Shown here piece after piece: positions 12,778 through 21,797 of a stretch of 64,000 nt of DNA (its first letter is position 1; each line of letters starts with the position of its first letter). This DNA comes from Dehalococcoidia bacterium. Lineage in GTDB: Bacteria > Chloroflexota > Dehalococcoidia > SM23-28-2 > RBG-16-64-32. The notes under the pieces are model-generated. The model saw only the letters and a list, made by a program, of their open reading frames with translations. It was not told the origin of the DNA and searched no databases. A program made the translations under genes and the position numbers. Location: NCBI GenBank assembly GCA_963665775.2, contig CAXXTF010000002.1, positions 736,001 through 800,000 on the forward strand, given 5' to 3'.

Positions 12778-13368
12778 ATCTACGCGATAGTGCGCGCCGG
12801 CGGCCGACAGTACCGGATCGAGCCTGACCAGCTCCTCGACGTCGACCTCCTGTCGGCAGCGGTCGGCTCCACCGTGGAACTCACGGACGTCCTCCTTCTC
12901 GGCGGAAACGGGGACGTGCGTGTAGGCACACCTACGCTGGACGGGGTGAGGGTTATCGCGGAGGTCGTGGAGCATGGGCGCGCCAAGAAGATCCTGGTCT
13001 ACAAGCAGAAATCAAAGACCCGCTATCGCCGCAAGCGGGGACACCGCCAGGGCTACACGCGCCTCTCTATCCGCCAGATAGTGACGGGCACAGAGGAGGC
13101 GGCGGCCGCCGAAACGGCGAAGCCTAAGGCTAAAGCAAAACCGAAGGCCACGGCAGAGGTCGAGAAGCCGCCGGCGAAAGCTACGATGAGAAGAACACGC
13201 CGAGCGCCCAAGGCGGAGGCTCCTGTGGAGGCGCCAGAGGCCGCCGGCAGCGCCCCCGAGCCCGCCGCGCAGCCGAAGCCCGCCCGCCGCACCCGGGCCC
13301 GGAAGACTCCGGCGAGCGAGGAGCCAGATACATCGACAAAACCGGATGAGAAAGCCGAGAGTGATTAG
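12778..13368 (+). CDS. rplU: 50S ribosomal protein L21 with Ala/Lys/Pro-rich C-terminal tail; probable ATC start
   Basis: [11 protein letters not shown]...KRGHRQGYT; SD AGGAG 7 nt before ATC. Confidence 0.93.
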   Translation: MYAIVRAGGRQYRIEPDQLLDVDLLSAAVGSTVELTDVLLLGGNGDVRVGTPTLDGVRVIAEVVEHGRAKKILVYKQKSKTRYRRKRGHRQGYTRLSIRQIVTGTEEAAAAETAKPKAKAKPKATAEVEKPPAKATMRRTRRAPKAEAPVEAPEAAGSAPEPAAQPKPARRTRARKTPASEEPDTSTKPDEKAESD

Positions 13369-13370
13369 AG

Positions 13371-13634
13371 ATGGCGCACAAAAAGAGCGGCGGTAGCGCC
13401 AAGAACGGCCGCGACTCCCAGTCCAAGCGGCTGGGCGTCAAGCGGTTCGACGGGGAGCTTGTGCTGCCGGGCACGATCATCGTGCGGCAACGCGGTACCC
13501 GCATCCACCCGGGACTTAACGTCGGCCTGGGGCGGGACTTCACGATCTTCGCCAAGAGCGAGGGGCGGGTGAAGTTCCAGCCGTATCGTAAAGGCGGTCG
13601 CAAGAAGGTAAGCATCTTACCCATAGGGGAATGA
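13371..13634 (+). CDS. rpmA: 50S ribosomal protein L27
   Basis: [24 protein letters not shown]. Confidence 0.98.
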   Translation: MAHKKSGGSAKNGRDSQSKRLGVKRFDGELVLPGTIIVRQRGTRIHPGLNVGLGRDFTIFAKSEGRVKFQPYRKGGRKKVSILPIGE

Positions 13635-13637
13635 TCT

Positions 13638-13838
13638 ATGAAGGCGGATATACACCCAGAGTACGTGGAGGCCACCGTCACCTGCGGTTGCGGCCACAGT
13701 TGGCAGACCCACGCCACCAAGCCGCAGCTGCGAGTGGAGGTCTGTAGCCAGTGCCACCCATTCTTCACCGGCGAGCACCGTATCGTGGATACAGCAGGAC
13801 GGGTAGAGCGATTTAAGCGTCGCTACGGTATGAAGTAA
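13638..13838 (+). CDS. rpmE: 50S ribosomal protein L31, Zn-binding type
   Basis: MKADIHPEY, CGCG, CSQCHPFFTG, GRVERF. Confidence 0.97.
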   Translation: MKADIHPEYVEATVTCGCGHSWQTHATKPQLRVEVCSQCHPFFTGEHRIVDTAGRVERFKRRYGMK

Positions 13839-13859
13839 AGCGAGCGAGGTAGGCAAATC

Positions 13860-13881
13860 GGGCCGGGGCGCGCTCCGGCCC
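13860..13881 (+). terminator. GC hairpin after rpmE
   Basis: GGGCCGGGGC-GC-GCTCCGGCCC inverted repeat; no clear U-tract. Confidence 0.4.
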
Positions 13882-13905
13882 GACATTCGTATAGCATCTA
13901 GATAC

Positions 13906-14805
13906 ATGGCTGAAAGACGCACCTACTACGGCGGGCAAGCGGTACTGGAAGGGGTCATGATTCGCGGCCCCCACACGGTGGTCGTAGCCTGCCGCCGTCC
14001 TGACGGCGATATCGTCTGCCGCAGCGAGGCGCTAGGCGGCGTCTACGTCGGACTCCTCCGACAAGTGCCCCTGATAAGGGGCTCCATCATCATGTGGGAG
14101 ACCCTCGCCCTGGGGATGCGGTCGCTCATCTTCTCGTCCAACGTGGCCCTGGGCGAGGACGAGAAGGAGATCAGCACCAGTGCCATCTGGGTTATGGTCT
14201 TGGTCTCCCTGGCCCTGGTCGGGGCCCTCTTCTTCGCCGGCCCTGTGCTGCTGAGCCGCTTGCTGGAGAGCCTGATAGAGAGCAACCTGCTGGTGGTGCT
14301 GATCGAAGGACTGATCAGGCTGACCCTGGTCGTTGGCTATATCGGCCTGATAGGGCTCCTGCCGGACGTGCGCCGTGTGTACGGCTACCATGGGGCGGAG
14401 CACAAGAGCATCCACGCCCTGGAGCACGGCGACCCCCTGGAGCCGGAATCGGTGCAGCGCCATCCCACGGCTCACGTGCGCTGCGGGACGAGCTTCCTGC
14501 TGACGGTCGTGGTGGTGGGCGTAATCGTATTTGCCGCCGTCGGAACGCCGGACCTATGGCTTCGGGTCGTCTCCCGCATCGCCCTTCTCCCCGTCATCGC
14601 CGCCATATCGTACGAGGTGATCCGCTTCGGCGGCGCCTTCCAGTCGAACCGCATCGTGCGGACGCTGATGTGGCCGAACCTGGCCCTACAGAGGCTGACC
14701 ACCCGACAGCCGGACGACGCTCAGGTGGAGGTAGCGCTGCGGGCGCTGCACGAGGTGCTGGCGGCGGAGGGCGCGGGGGCGGTGGCGACGAAGCAGCCAG
14801 ACTGA
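13906..14805 (+). CDS. DUF1385 family membrane protein
   Basis: YGGQAVLEGVMIRG, YHGAEHK, HVRCGTSF; commonly found after rpmE. Confidence 0.9.
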   Translation: MAERRTYYGGQAVLEGVMIRGPHTVVVACRRPDGDIVCRSEALGGVYVGLLRQVPLIRGSIIMWETLALGMRSLIFSSNVALGEDEKEISTSAIWVMVLVSLALVGALFFAGPVLLSRLLESLIESNLLVVLIEGLIRLTLVVGYIGLIGLLPDVRRVYGYHGAEHKSIHALEHGDPLEPESVQRHPTAHVRCGTSFLLTVVVVGVIVFAAVGTPDLWLRVVSRIALLPVIAAISYEVIRFGGAFQSNRIVRTLMWPNLALQRLTTRQPDDAQVEVALRALHEVLAAEGAGAVATKQPD

Positions 14806-14819
14806 CACGGACGACGCCC

Positions 14820-15146
14820 TCAGCTAGCTTCAGCCCCTTCTTCCAGCTCCCGGTAGAAGCAGCTCCGCTCGCCCGTGTGGCAGGCCGGGCCGGCCGGGTC
14901 CACCTTCAGAAGCAGCACGTCCTCGTCGCAGTCCACCCTCACCTCGCGCACGGCCAGCGTGTTGCCGGAGGTGGCGCCCTTATGCCACAGCTCCTGACGG
15001 CTGCGGCTCCAGAACCAGGCCTCGCCCGACTCCCTGGTTCGGCGAAGCGACTCCTCGCTCATGAAGGCGAACATCAGAATCTCGCCCGTCGTCGCGTCCT
15101 GGACTATGGCGGGGATCAGGCCACGGTCATCGAACTTCAGAAGCAT
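14820..15146 (-). CDS. hisI: Phosphoribosyl-AMP cyclohydrolase
   Basis: [31 protein letters not shown]. Confidence 0.96.
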   Translation of the reverse strand: MLLKFDDRGLIPAIVQDATTGEILMFAFMSEESLRRTRESGEAWFWSRSRQELWHKGATSGNTLAVREVRVDCDEDVLLLKVDPAGPACHTGERSCFYRELEEGAEAS

Positions 15147-15180
15147 CTCGATCCTTTCCGGTCATCATCGGCGGATCCAG

Positions 15181-15954
15181 CTAGAGCCGCACCGGAACGC
15201 CGCGCTCCGCCAGGTACTCCTTGACCTGGCGGATGGGGTGCGTGCCGAAGTGAAAGATGCTGGCGGCCAGGACGGCGTCGGCCTTGCCGTCCACAACAGC
15301 CTCATACATATGCTGCGGGTTGCCCGCGCCACCGGAGGCGATGACAGGGACGTCAACCACCTTGTTGAGCTCACGTAGCTGAACGACATCGTAGCCGTCA
15401 TGCGTTCCATCGCAGTCTATCGAGTTCATAACGATCTCCCCAGCGCCAAGTTGGAGACCTCTTGCGGCCCACTCCAGGAGGTCCATACCGGTTGGACGCC
15501 GACCGCCATGAGTGTAGACCTCCCAGCGAGGACGGGTCGTATTAAATGGCTGCACCCGCCGAGCATCGATGGAGAGCACGATGCACTGGGAGCCGAAACG
15601 GTCAGCGCCCTGGCTGATGAGATTAGGGTCGAGGACGGCGGATGTGTTGATGGAAACTTTGTCGGCCCCCGCCTTTAGCATGCGGTGCATATCCTCGACA
15701 GTACGCAGGCCGCCGCCGACGGTGAAGGGGATGAAGACCTCATCGGCCGTCCGTTCTACTACGTGAGTCAAGATCTCACGCTCATCGCTAGAGGCGGTGA
15801 TATCATAGAACACGAGCTCGTCCGCCCCCTCCGCATCGTAGACCCGGGCCATCTCCACAGGGTCGCCGGCATCGCGCAGGTTAAGGAAGCGCACTCCCTT
15901 TACCACCCGGCCATCCGCGACATCGAAGCAGGGGATCACACGCTTGGTCAGCAT
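15181..15954 (-). CDS. hisF: Imidazole glycerol phosphate synthase cyclase subunit
   Basis: [29 protein letters not shown]. Confidence 0.97.
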   Translation of the reverse strand: MLTKRVIPCFDVADGRVVKGVRFLNLRDAGDPVEMARVYDAEGADELVFYDITASSDEREILTHVVERTADEVFIPFTVGGGLRTVEDMHRMLKAGADKVSINTSAVLDPNLISQGADRFGSQCIVLSIDARRVQPFNTTRPRWEVYTHGGRRPTGMDLLEWAARGLQLGAGEIVMNSIDCDGTHDGYDVVQLRELNKVVDVPVIASGGAGNPQHMYEAVVDGKADAVLAASIFHFGTHPIRQVKEYLAERGVPVRL

Positions 15955-16241
15955 GATACGACTATCGTATCAGGCCAAGCCAGGCAGGGGCCAGGGGTAT
16001 ACGACGGCTAGCCTGACCGTCGGCCCCGGTCAAAAGCCCGGAACCAGCAGCGTACTGGTATTGCTTGGCGTTTTGCCTCTGCTAGAATAGAGACGGTCAC
16101 CTCCTAGCAGAAGGATACTGCATGCCTCGCAGAACAGCGGCGATTATCGGAGATGGCGTCAGTTCGCGCCCGCAGCGTCGCCTCGGGCTCCGATCTTACG
16201 GCCCACGACCACCCCACCCCAGGCAGGAGTAAGGCAGGAAC

Positions 16242-17450
16242 ATGGACAGCAAGCTGCTAGACAGGGCGAAAGACCACCTCGCCGCGCTGATCGAGGAACA
16301 GATCGCGCGCATCGAGCGCATGAAGATCGAAGACGAGTGGATCGACTACAGCCAGATCACCCCCGTCATCGGTATCTGCGGCGGCGACGGCATCGGCCCG
16401 TACATCTCCCAACACACGCAGACGGTGCTGGAGTTCTTACTGGCGCCGGAGGTGGCCAGCGGAAAGGTCACCTTCCGAAATATCGAGGGGCTTACCATCG
16501 AGAATCGGGCCGCGCACAATACGGCTATCCCAGAAGACGTACTGGATCAGCTCAAGCAGTGTCACGTGATTCTTAAGGGCCCTACCACGACTCCCCGCCG
16601 CGGCGACCCCTGGCCCAACATCGAGAGCGCCAACGTGGCCATGAGACGCGAGCTGGACCTGTTCGCCAACGTGAGGCCGGTGCGCGTACCCAGCGAGGGC
16701 ATCGACTGGACGTTCTTCCGCGAGAACACGGAAGGGGCGTACATCCTGGGCAGCAAAGGCATCCACGTCAACGACGACCTCGCCCTAGACTTCACGGTGA
16801 CCACTACGCAGGGAAGCGACCGCATCATCCGCCTCGCCTTCGAGTACGCGCAACGGAACGGCATCAACCGGCTGACCGTGGTCACCAAGGCCAACGTCAT
16901 CAAGACTACCGACGGCAAGTTCCTCGACATCGCACGCGAGATTGCCGAGGAGTACCCCGAGGTGGCCTGGGACGACTGGTATATCGACATCATGACCGCC
17001 AAGCTGGTCGATCCCAAGCGCCGACGGGACTTCAAGGTCGTCATTCTGCCCAACCTGTACGGCGATATCCTCACCGACGAGGCGGCCGAGTTCCAGGGCG
17101 GCGTAGGCACCGCCGGCAGCGCCAACATCGGCAGGCGCTACGCCATGTTCGAGGCGATCCACGGCAGCGCCCCCCGCATGGTCCAGGAAGGCCGCGCCGA
17201 TTACGCCAACCCCAGCAGCATCATCCGGGCCGGCGCCATGCTCCTGAACCACATCGGCTTCACTGACCGCGCCCACAGGCTGGAAATGGCCCTCGACCTC
17301 TGCGGCACATTCGAAAACAAGCTGGAAGTCACCGGCCGGCCCACCGGCGCCACCGGCGCCGCCTTCGCCGACTATCTCATGGAGACGATCCAGCAGCAGG
17401 GGCTGGAGGAGAGATGGCAGGGATACCAGGTTGAGGCAAAGGTGGGCTAG
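16242..17450 (+). CDS. icd: Isocitrate/isopropylmalate dehydrogenase family protein, probably isocitrate dehydrogenase by context
   Basis: GDGIGP, KGPTTTP, NLYGDILTD, EAIHGSAP; upstream of mdh and fumarase. Confidence 0.75.
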   Translation: MDSKLLDRAKDHLAALIEEQIARIERMKIEDEWIDYSQITPVIGICGGDGIGPYISQHTQTVLEFLLAPEVASGKVTFRNIEGLTIENRAAHNTAIPEDVLDQLKQCHVILKGPTTTPRRGDPWPNIESANVAMRRELDLFANVRPVRVPSEGIDWTFFRENTEGAYILGSKGIHVNDDLALDFTVTTTQGSDRIIRLAFEYAQRNGINRLTVVTKANVIKTTDGKFLDIAREIAEEYPEVAWDDWYIDIMTAKLVDPKRRRDFKVVILPNLYGDILTDEAAEFQGGVGTAGSANIGRRYAMFEAIHGSAPRMVQEGRADYANPSSIIRAGAMLLNHIGFTDRAHRLEMALDLCGTFENKLEVTGRPTGATGAAFADYLMETIQQQGLEERWQGYQVEAKVG

Positions 17451-17544
17451 CATTCCCTCTCTCTACCCATCCACGTTAGGCGGTGTGAACACCCACATCG
17501 GGCCACGACCCGCGTATCCGTAACAACCATAGGAGGCACCTCCC

Positions 17545-18483
17545 GTGCGCCGAAAAGTCACCATCGTAGGCGCCGGCATGACCGGCGGCACGATAGCCCA
17601 GCGGCTGGCCGAGACCGGCTACATAGACGTCACGATACACGACATCGTCGAGGGGCTACCGCAGGGCAAGGCCCTGGACATGGCCCAGTCGGCCCCGCAC
17701 ATAGGCTTTAGCGGTAGCATCGCCGGCACCAACGACTGGGCTGACACCGCCGGCTCTGACCTCGTCGTTATCACCTCCGGCCTGCCGCGCAAGCCGGGCA
17801 TTACCCGGGAGGAACTCCTGAACATCAACGCCGGCATTGTGCGGGACGTCGCTGCCAACGCCGTCAAACACTCGCCGGACGCCGTGATCATCATCTTCGC
17901 CAACCCCATGGACGCCATGTGCCACGTGGCGCTAGAGGCCACGGGACTGCCCAAGAGCCGCATCATCGGCCAGGGCGGGATGCTGGACACCGCCCGCTAT
18001 CGCACCTTCATCGCCTGGGAGACGCAGTCCTCCGTGCAGGACGTCCACGCTCAGGTGCTGGGCGGCCACACGGATGTCACTATGGTGCCCATCGTCAGCA
18101 CCGCCCACGTGGGCGGCGTGCCCTTGACCTCCCTCCTGCCCAAGGAGCGGATCGGGGCGGTCGTCCAGCGGACCCGTCAGGGTGGTACCGAGGTGGTCTC
18201 CCTCCTCAAGACCGGCTCCGCCTTCGTCGCCCCCGCAGCGGCCACCGTCGAGATGGTGGAGTCCGTGCTTCTGGACAAGAACCGGATCATACCCTGCGCC
18301 GCTTTTCTGAAGGGCGAGTTCGATATCCAGAACGCCTTTGTGGGAGTGCCCGTGAAGCTGGGCGCCTGCGGCATCGACCGCATCTACCAGCCGCCGCTCT
18401 GGGACGATGAGCTGGAGGGGCTGCACGCGGCCGCCGAAGCCGTCAAGAAGCTCGTCGGCCTCATCGAGACGAAGGCCCAGTAG
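17545..18483 (+). CDS. mdh: Malate dehydrogenase (LDH-like)
   Basis: GAGMTG, PRKPGITREEL, NPMD, LDTARY, GGH. Confidence 0.92.
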   Translation: MRRKVTIVGAGMTGGTIAQRLAETGYIDVTIHDIVEGLPQGKALDMAQSAPHIGFSGSIAGTNDWADTAGSDLVVITSGLPRKPGITREELLNINAGIVRDVAANAVKHSPDAVIIIFANPMDAMCHVALEATGLPKSRIIGQGGMLDTARYRTFIAWETQSSVQDVHAQVLGGHTDVTMVPIVSTAHVGGVPLTSLLPKERIGAVVQRTRQGGTEVVSLLKTGSAFVAPAAATVEMVESVLLDKNRIIPCAAFLKGEFDIQNAFVGVPVKLGACGIDRIYQPPLWDDELEGLHAAAEAVKKLVGLIETKAQ

Positions 18484-18501
18484 TGCTATGATAGAAGTGC
18501 C

Positions 18502-19347
18502 ATGCGTGAAGTGCACGTAGACCAGATCAAAGACACCGTCCGCCAGCTCTGCCAGGACGCCGCCTGCATCCTCCCCGAGGACGTCCTCGACGCCCTCAAG
18601 CGCGCCCGCCAGAAGGAGGAGGCTCCCCTGGCCCAGAAGGTGCTGGACCAGATCCTGCGCAACGCCGAGCTGGCCCGGGACGAGATGCTGCCCCTCTGTC
18701 AAGACACCGGCACCACCGTCATCTTCCTGGAAGTAGGCCAGGACCTACACATCGTCGGCGGGCCGCTAGCGGACGCCCTGCGCGAGGGCGTGGGCGCCGG
18801 TTACACTGAGGGCTTCCTGCGCGCCTCGATTGTGGAGAAACCGTTCTCGGAGCGGGTCAACACCAAGAACAACACCCCACCGGTGTTACACACCGAGATC
18901 GTCCCTGGCGACAGGCTGCGCATCAAGGTCATGCCCAAGGGAGGCGGCTGCGAGAACATGAGTCGTTTCACCGTCATGCTCCCTTCGGCCGGGAAGCCTG
19001 GGGTCGCGGAGTTCGTCCTCAAGACCGTGGAGGAATCCGGCGGCAACCCCTGTCCGCCCATCATCGTCGGCGTTGGCATCGGCGGCACAGCGGAGCACGC
19101 CATGTTCCTAGCCAAGCGCTCCCTCACCCGCAAAGTCGGGGAGCTGAACCCGGACGCCGAGACCGCCGCCTTCGAGACGGAGCTACTGGAGAAGGTGAAC
19201 GCCCTCGGCCTAGGCCCCCAGGCCGTCGGCGGCCGCACCACGGCCCTCGCCGTGCACATGGAGACCTACCCCACACATATCACCGCGCTACCCGTCGCCG
19301 TGAACCTCCAGTGCCACTCGGCCCGGCTCAAGGAGGCCCTGCTGTAA
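18502..19347 (+). CDS. Fe-S fumarate hydratase alpha subunit (class I, split type)
   Basis: PLCQDTG, KGGGCEN, GNPCPP, QCHSAR. Confidence 0.9.
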   Translation: MREVHVDQIKDTVRQLCQDAACILPEDVLDALKRARQKEEAPLAQKVLDQILRNAELARDEMLPLCQDTGTTVIFLEVGQDLHIVGGPLADALREGVGAGYTEGFLRASIVEKPFSERVNTKNNTPPVLHTEIVPGDRLRIKVMPKGGGCENMSRFTVMLPSAGKPGVAEFVLKTVEESGGNPCPPIIVGVGIGGTAEHAMFLAKRSLTRKVGELNPDAETAAFETELLEKVNALGLGPQAVGGRTTALAVHMETYPTHITALPVAVNLQCHSARLKEALL

Positions 19348-19349
19348 AC

Positions 19350-19655
19350 GTGTCCCGCCATCGCCTCGTCCCGGCCAGCGCGCCCGACTCCGAGCCGGTC
19401 TGCCGCCTGACCCCGGACGAGGGCCACCGCCGTCAGGCCGATATTGACCGCCTGTTCGCCGCCCTGGTGGAGCAGCGTGAGACGGTAGCTGGGCACGAGT
19501 TCATCTTCCGCGGCGACCCGGACTCCCTTTGGCAGGACATCTCCCTCTTCGTGGACGAGGAATCTCAGTGCTGCCCCTTCTTCACCTTCGAGCAGGTGGA
19601 GCGCGCCGACGGAGCCCTCTTGAGAGTCACCGGCATACCAGGCCAGGAGCGTTAA
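19350..19655 (+). CDS. Small hypothetical protein with VCRL and CCPFF cysteine motifs
   Basis: Fills the gap between the fumarase subunits (2 nt after one, 1 nt before the other); GTG start. Confidence 0.7.
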   Translation: MSRHRLVPASAPDSEPVCRLTPDEGHRRQADIDRLFAALVEQRETVAGHEFIFRGDPDSLWQDISLFVDEESQCCPFFTFEQVERADGALLRVTGIPGQER

Positions 19656-19656
19656 C

Positions 19657-20226
19657 GTGGCAGAGCACCACATTCAGCTCCCCCTCTCTGACGAGTCGAT
19701 CGAGAAGCTGCGCGCCGGCGACTATGTCTACCTGACAGGCGCCATCTACACCGCACGCGACGCCGCCCACAAACGCATGATCGGGGCGCTCCAGAGTGGC
19801 GAGCCCCTGCCCGTTGACATCCGCGGCCAGACGATCTACTACGTCGGGCCCACCCCGGCCAAGCCGGGCCAGATCATCGGCTCCGCCGGACCCACGACAG
19901 CCATGCGTATGGACCCCTTCACCCTACCCCTGCTGGAGGCGGGCCTGAAAGGGATCATCGGCAAGGGAGGGCGCGGCCCCCAGGTCCGAGAGGCCCTCCA
20001 GAAACACCGGGCCGTCTACTTCCTGGCGATCGGCGGCGCCGGCGCCATCCTCTCCAAGCAGATTCGCCACGTCGAGGTCGTCGCCTACGAGGAGCTGGGC
20101 ACCGAGGCGATACGGCGGATGGAGGTCGAGGAGTTCCCCGTGATCGTGTGCAACGACATCCACGGCGGCGATCTCCCGGCACAGGGAAAGGCCGACTGGC
20201 GCCAGGCCGACGTCCTGGAGCGCTAG
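19657..20226 (+). CDS. Fe-S fumarate hydratase beta subunit
   Basis: TARDAAHKRM, GPTTAMRMD, IGKG, ELGTEAI. Confidence 0.9.
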   Translation: MAEHHIQLPLSDESIEKLRAGDYVYLTGAIYTARDAAHKRMIGALQSGEPLPVDIRGQTIYYVGPTPAKPGQIIGSAGPTTAMRMDPFTLPLLEAGLKGIIGKGGRGPQVREALQKHRAVYFLAIGGAGAILSKQIRHVEVVAYEELGTEAIRRMEVEEFPVIVCNDIHGGDLPAQGKADWRQADVLER

Positions 20227-20254
20227 GTTAGGCCGCGAGCGCTGGGGCCTTCAG

Positions 20255-20587
20255 CTAACCGAACGCAACTGTGGCCGCCCATACCGTACCGGCCAGCGCC
20301 GTCAGGTAGGAGACGACTGCGATCGGCAATGCCAGCGGCTTGAGGCCGATGTCCACCAGGGTATGGCGGAAGCGGTGCGCCCAGTGGAAGAAGGTCAGGG
20401 ACGCCAGCCCGAACAGCACGATCCGAACCAGCACATTCGTGAAGATGTCGTTGAGGCGGTCGAACTCGATCTCCTCAGCGGGCACAACGAAGCCGGTGAG
20501 CACAATCAGGACCGGCACCAGCAGCGCCGCCACCACGCCGCCAGCGGAGAACAGCGACCAGAAGAGCGGTTCGTTTGATCTGCGCAT
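20255..20587 (-). CDS. frdD: Fumarate reductase membrane anchor subunit D
   Basis: RRSNEPLFWSLFSAGG, HWAHRFRH; SD GGAGGAG before ATG 20587. Confidence 0.88.
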   Translation of the reverse strand: MRRSNEPLFWSLFSAGGVVAALLVPVLIVLTGFVVPAEEIEFDRLNDIFTNVLVRIVLFGLASLTFFHWAHRFRHTLVDIGLKPLALPIAVVSYLTALAGTVWAATVAFG

Positions 20588-20603
20588 AGCAACTCCTCCG
20601 CGC

Positions 20604-20987
20604 TCAGAGCAGGAAGATGGCGGCAACGACAACGCTCACCACCAGCCAGCCAGCGTAGCTGGCACCTATAATCGCTGCTGGCGGCACTCGCTCCTCGCCG
20701 CGGCGGATCGGGAGCCCTTTGGGCATCGCCTGGAACCAGGTGACGGCGTGCAGCATCACGAACAGCAGCGCCACAACATGGAAACCGATGAATACCGGCG
20801 ATTGGAGGGTGTCTAGGTAGCCCTCGAACGCAGAGGCTCCGTCGTGCACCTTCGTCACCAGCACGAGCAGCAGCACGACGTAGGCGGCAACGAACACCGC
20901 CGACAGCTCGCGCAGCATGAAGATCCGGTACGGCCAACGCTTAAGCCACCAGGTCTTGGAGACGGTGCGGGGGTAGGGCCTAGCCAT
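20604..20987 (-). CDS. frdC: Fumarate reductase membrane anchor subunit C
   Basis: PYPR..TWWLKR.PYRIFMLRE, HAVTWF..PK. Confidence 0.88.
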   Translation of the reverse strand: MARPYPRTVSKTWWLKRWPYRIFMLRELSAVFVAAYVVLLLVLVTKVHDGASAFEGYLDTLQSPVFIGFHVVALLFVMLHAVTWFQAMPKGLPIRRGEERVPPAAIIGASYAGWLVVSVVVAAIFLL

Positions 20988-20994
20988 CGGGTAT

Positions 20995-21768
20995 TTACTC
21001 CTTGGCGGACTTGCCGCCGAACGGCATCACTAGCGACTGGAACCAGCCGATGGTGCTCTCCACCTTGGCCTGCTGGATGGCACCGGCCGGGTCTACGTGC
21101 TTTGGGCAGACGGTGCTGCACTCGCCGACGAAGGTGCAGTCCCAGATACCGTCGTCCGCCCACACTACCTCATTACGCAGGCGGTTCCCCTGGTCACGCG
21201 AGTCGAGATTGTAGCGCGCCGCCAGCGCCAGCGCGGCCGGGCCGATGAACTCCTCATTTGTCTCGTACACGGGGCAGGCCGCGTAGCAGAGCATGCAGTT
21301 GATGCACATGCTGTACTGCTCGAAGTTAGCCCGCTGCGCCGGGGTCTGCCGGTACTCACCCTCCTCAAGCGGCCGCTCGACGTCGCGGATGATCCAGGGC
21401 TTGACCGCCTGGAGCTTCCCCATGAAGTCGTCGAGCACGATCACGAGGTCGCGCTCAACCGGGAAGTTAGCTAGAGGCTCCACCCGGATCGGGCCCGGAT
21501 AGTAGTCGCGCAGGAACGCCGCGCAGGTCAGCTTCGGTACCCCGTTCACCATCATGCCGCAGCTGCCGCAGATACCCATCCGGCAGGACCAGCGGTAGGA
21601 GAGCGTGCCGTCTACCTCATCCTTCAGGTAGTTGAGGGCATCCAGCACCACCCACTCCGGGCGGTAGGGTACCTCGACCCGCTGGAAGGTGGGGCGCTCA
21701 TCCTGCTCGGGACGGTAGCGGGCCACCTCTAGAGTGACTGTCTGCTCGGTGACGGTGGCGTCAGTCAT
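20995..21768 (-). CDS. frdB: Fumarate reductase/succinate dehydrogenase Fe-S subunit
   Basis: [34 protein letters not shown]. Confidence 0.92.
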   Translation of the reverse strand: MTDATVTEQTVTLEVARYRPEQDERPTFQRVEVPYRPEWVVLDALNYLKDEVDGTLSYRWSCRMGICGSCGMMVNGVPKLTCAAFLRDYYPGPIRVEPLANFPVERDLVIVLDDFMGKLQAVKPWIIRDVERPLEEGEYRQTPAQRANFEQYSMCINCMLCYAACPVYETNEEFIGPAALALAARYNLDSRDQGNRLRNEVVWADDGIWDCTFVGECSTVCPKHVDPAGAIQQAKVESTIGWFQSLVMPFGGKSAKE

Positions 21769-21797
21769 GGACCCTCCAAACCAGGGGGCTGCCGGCC

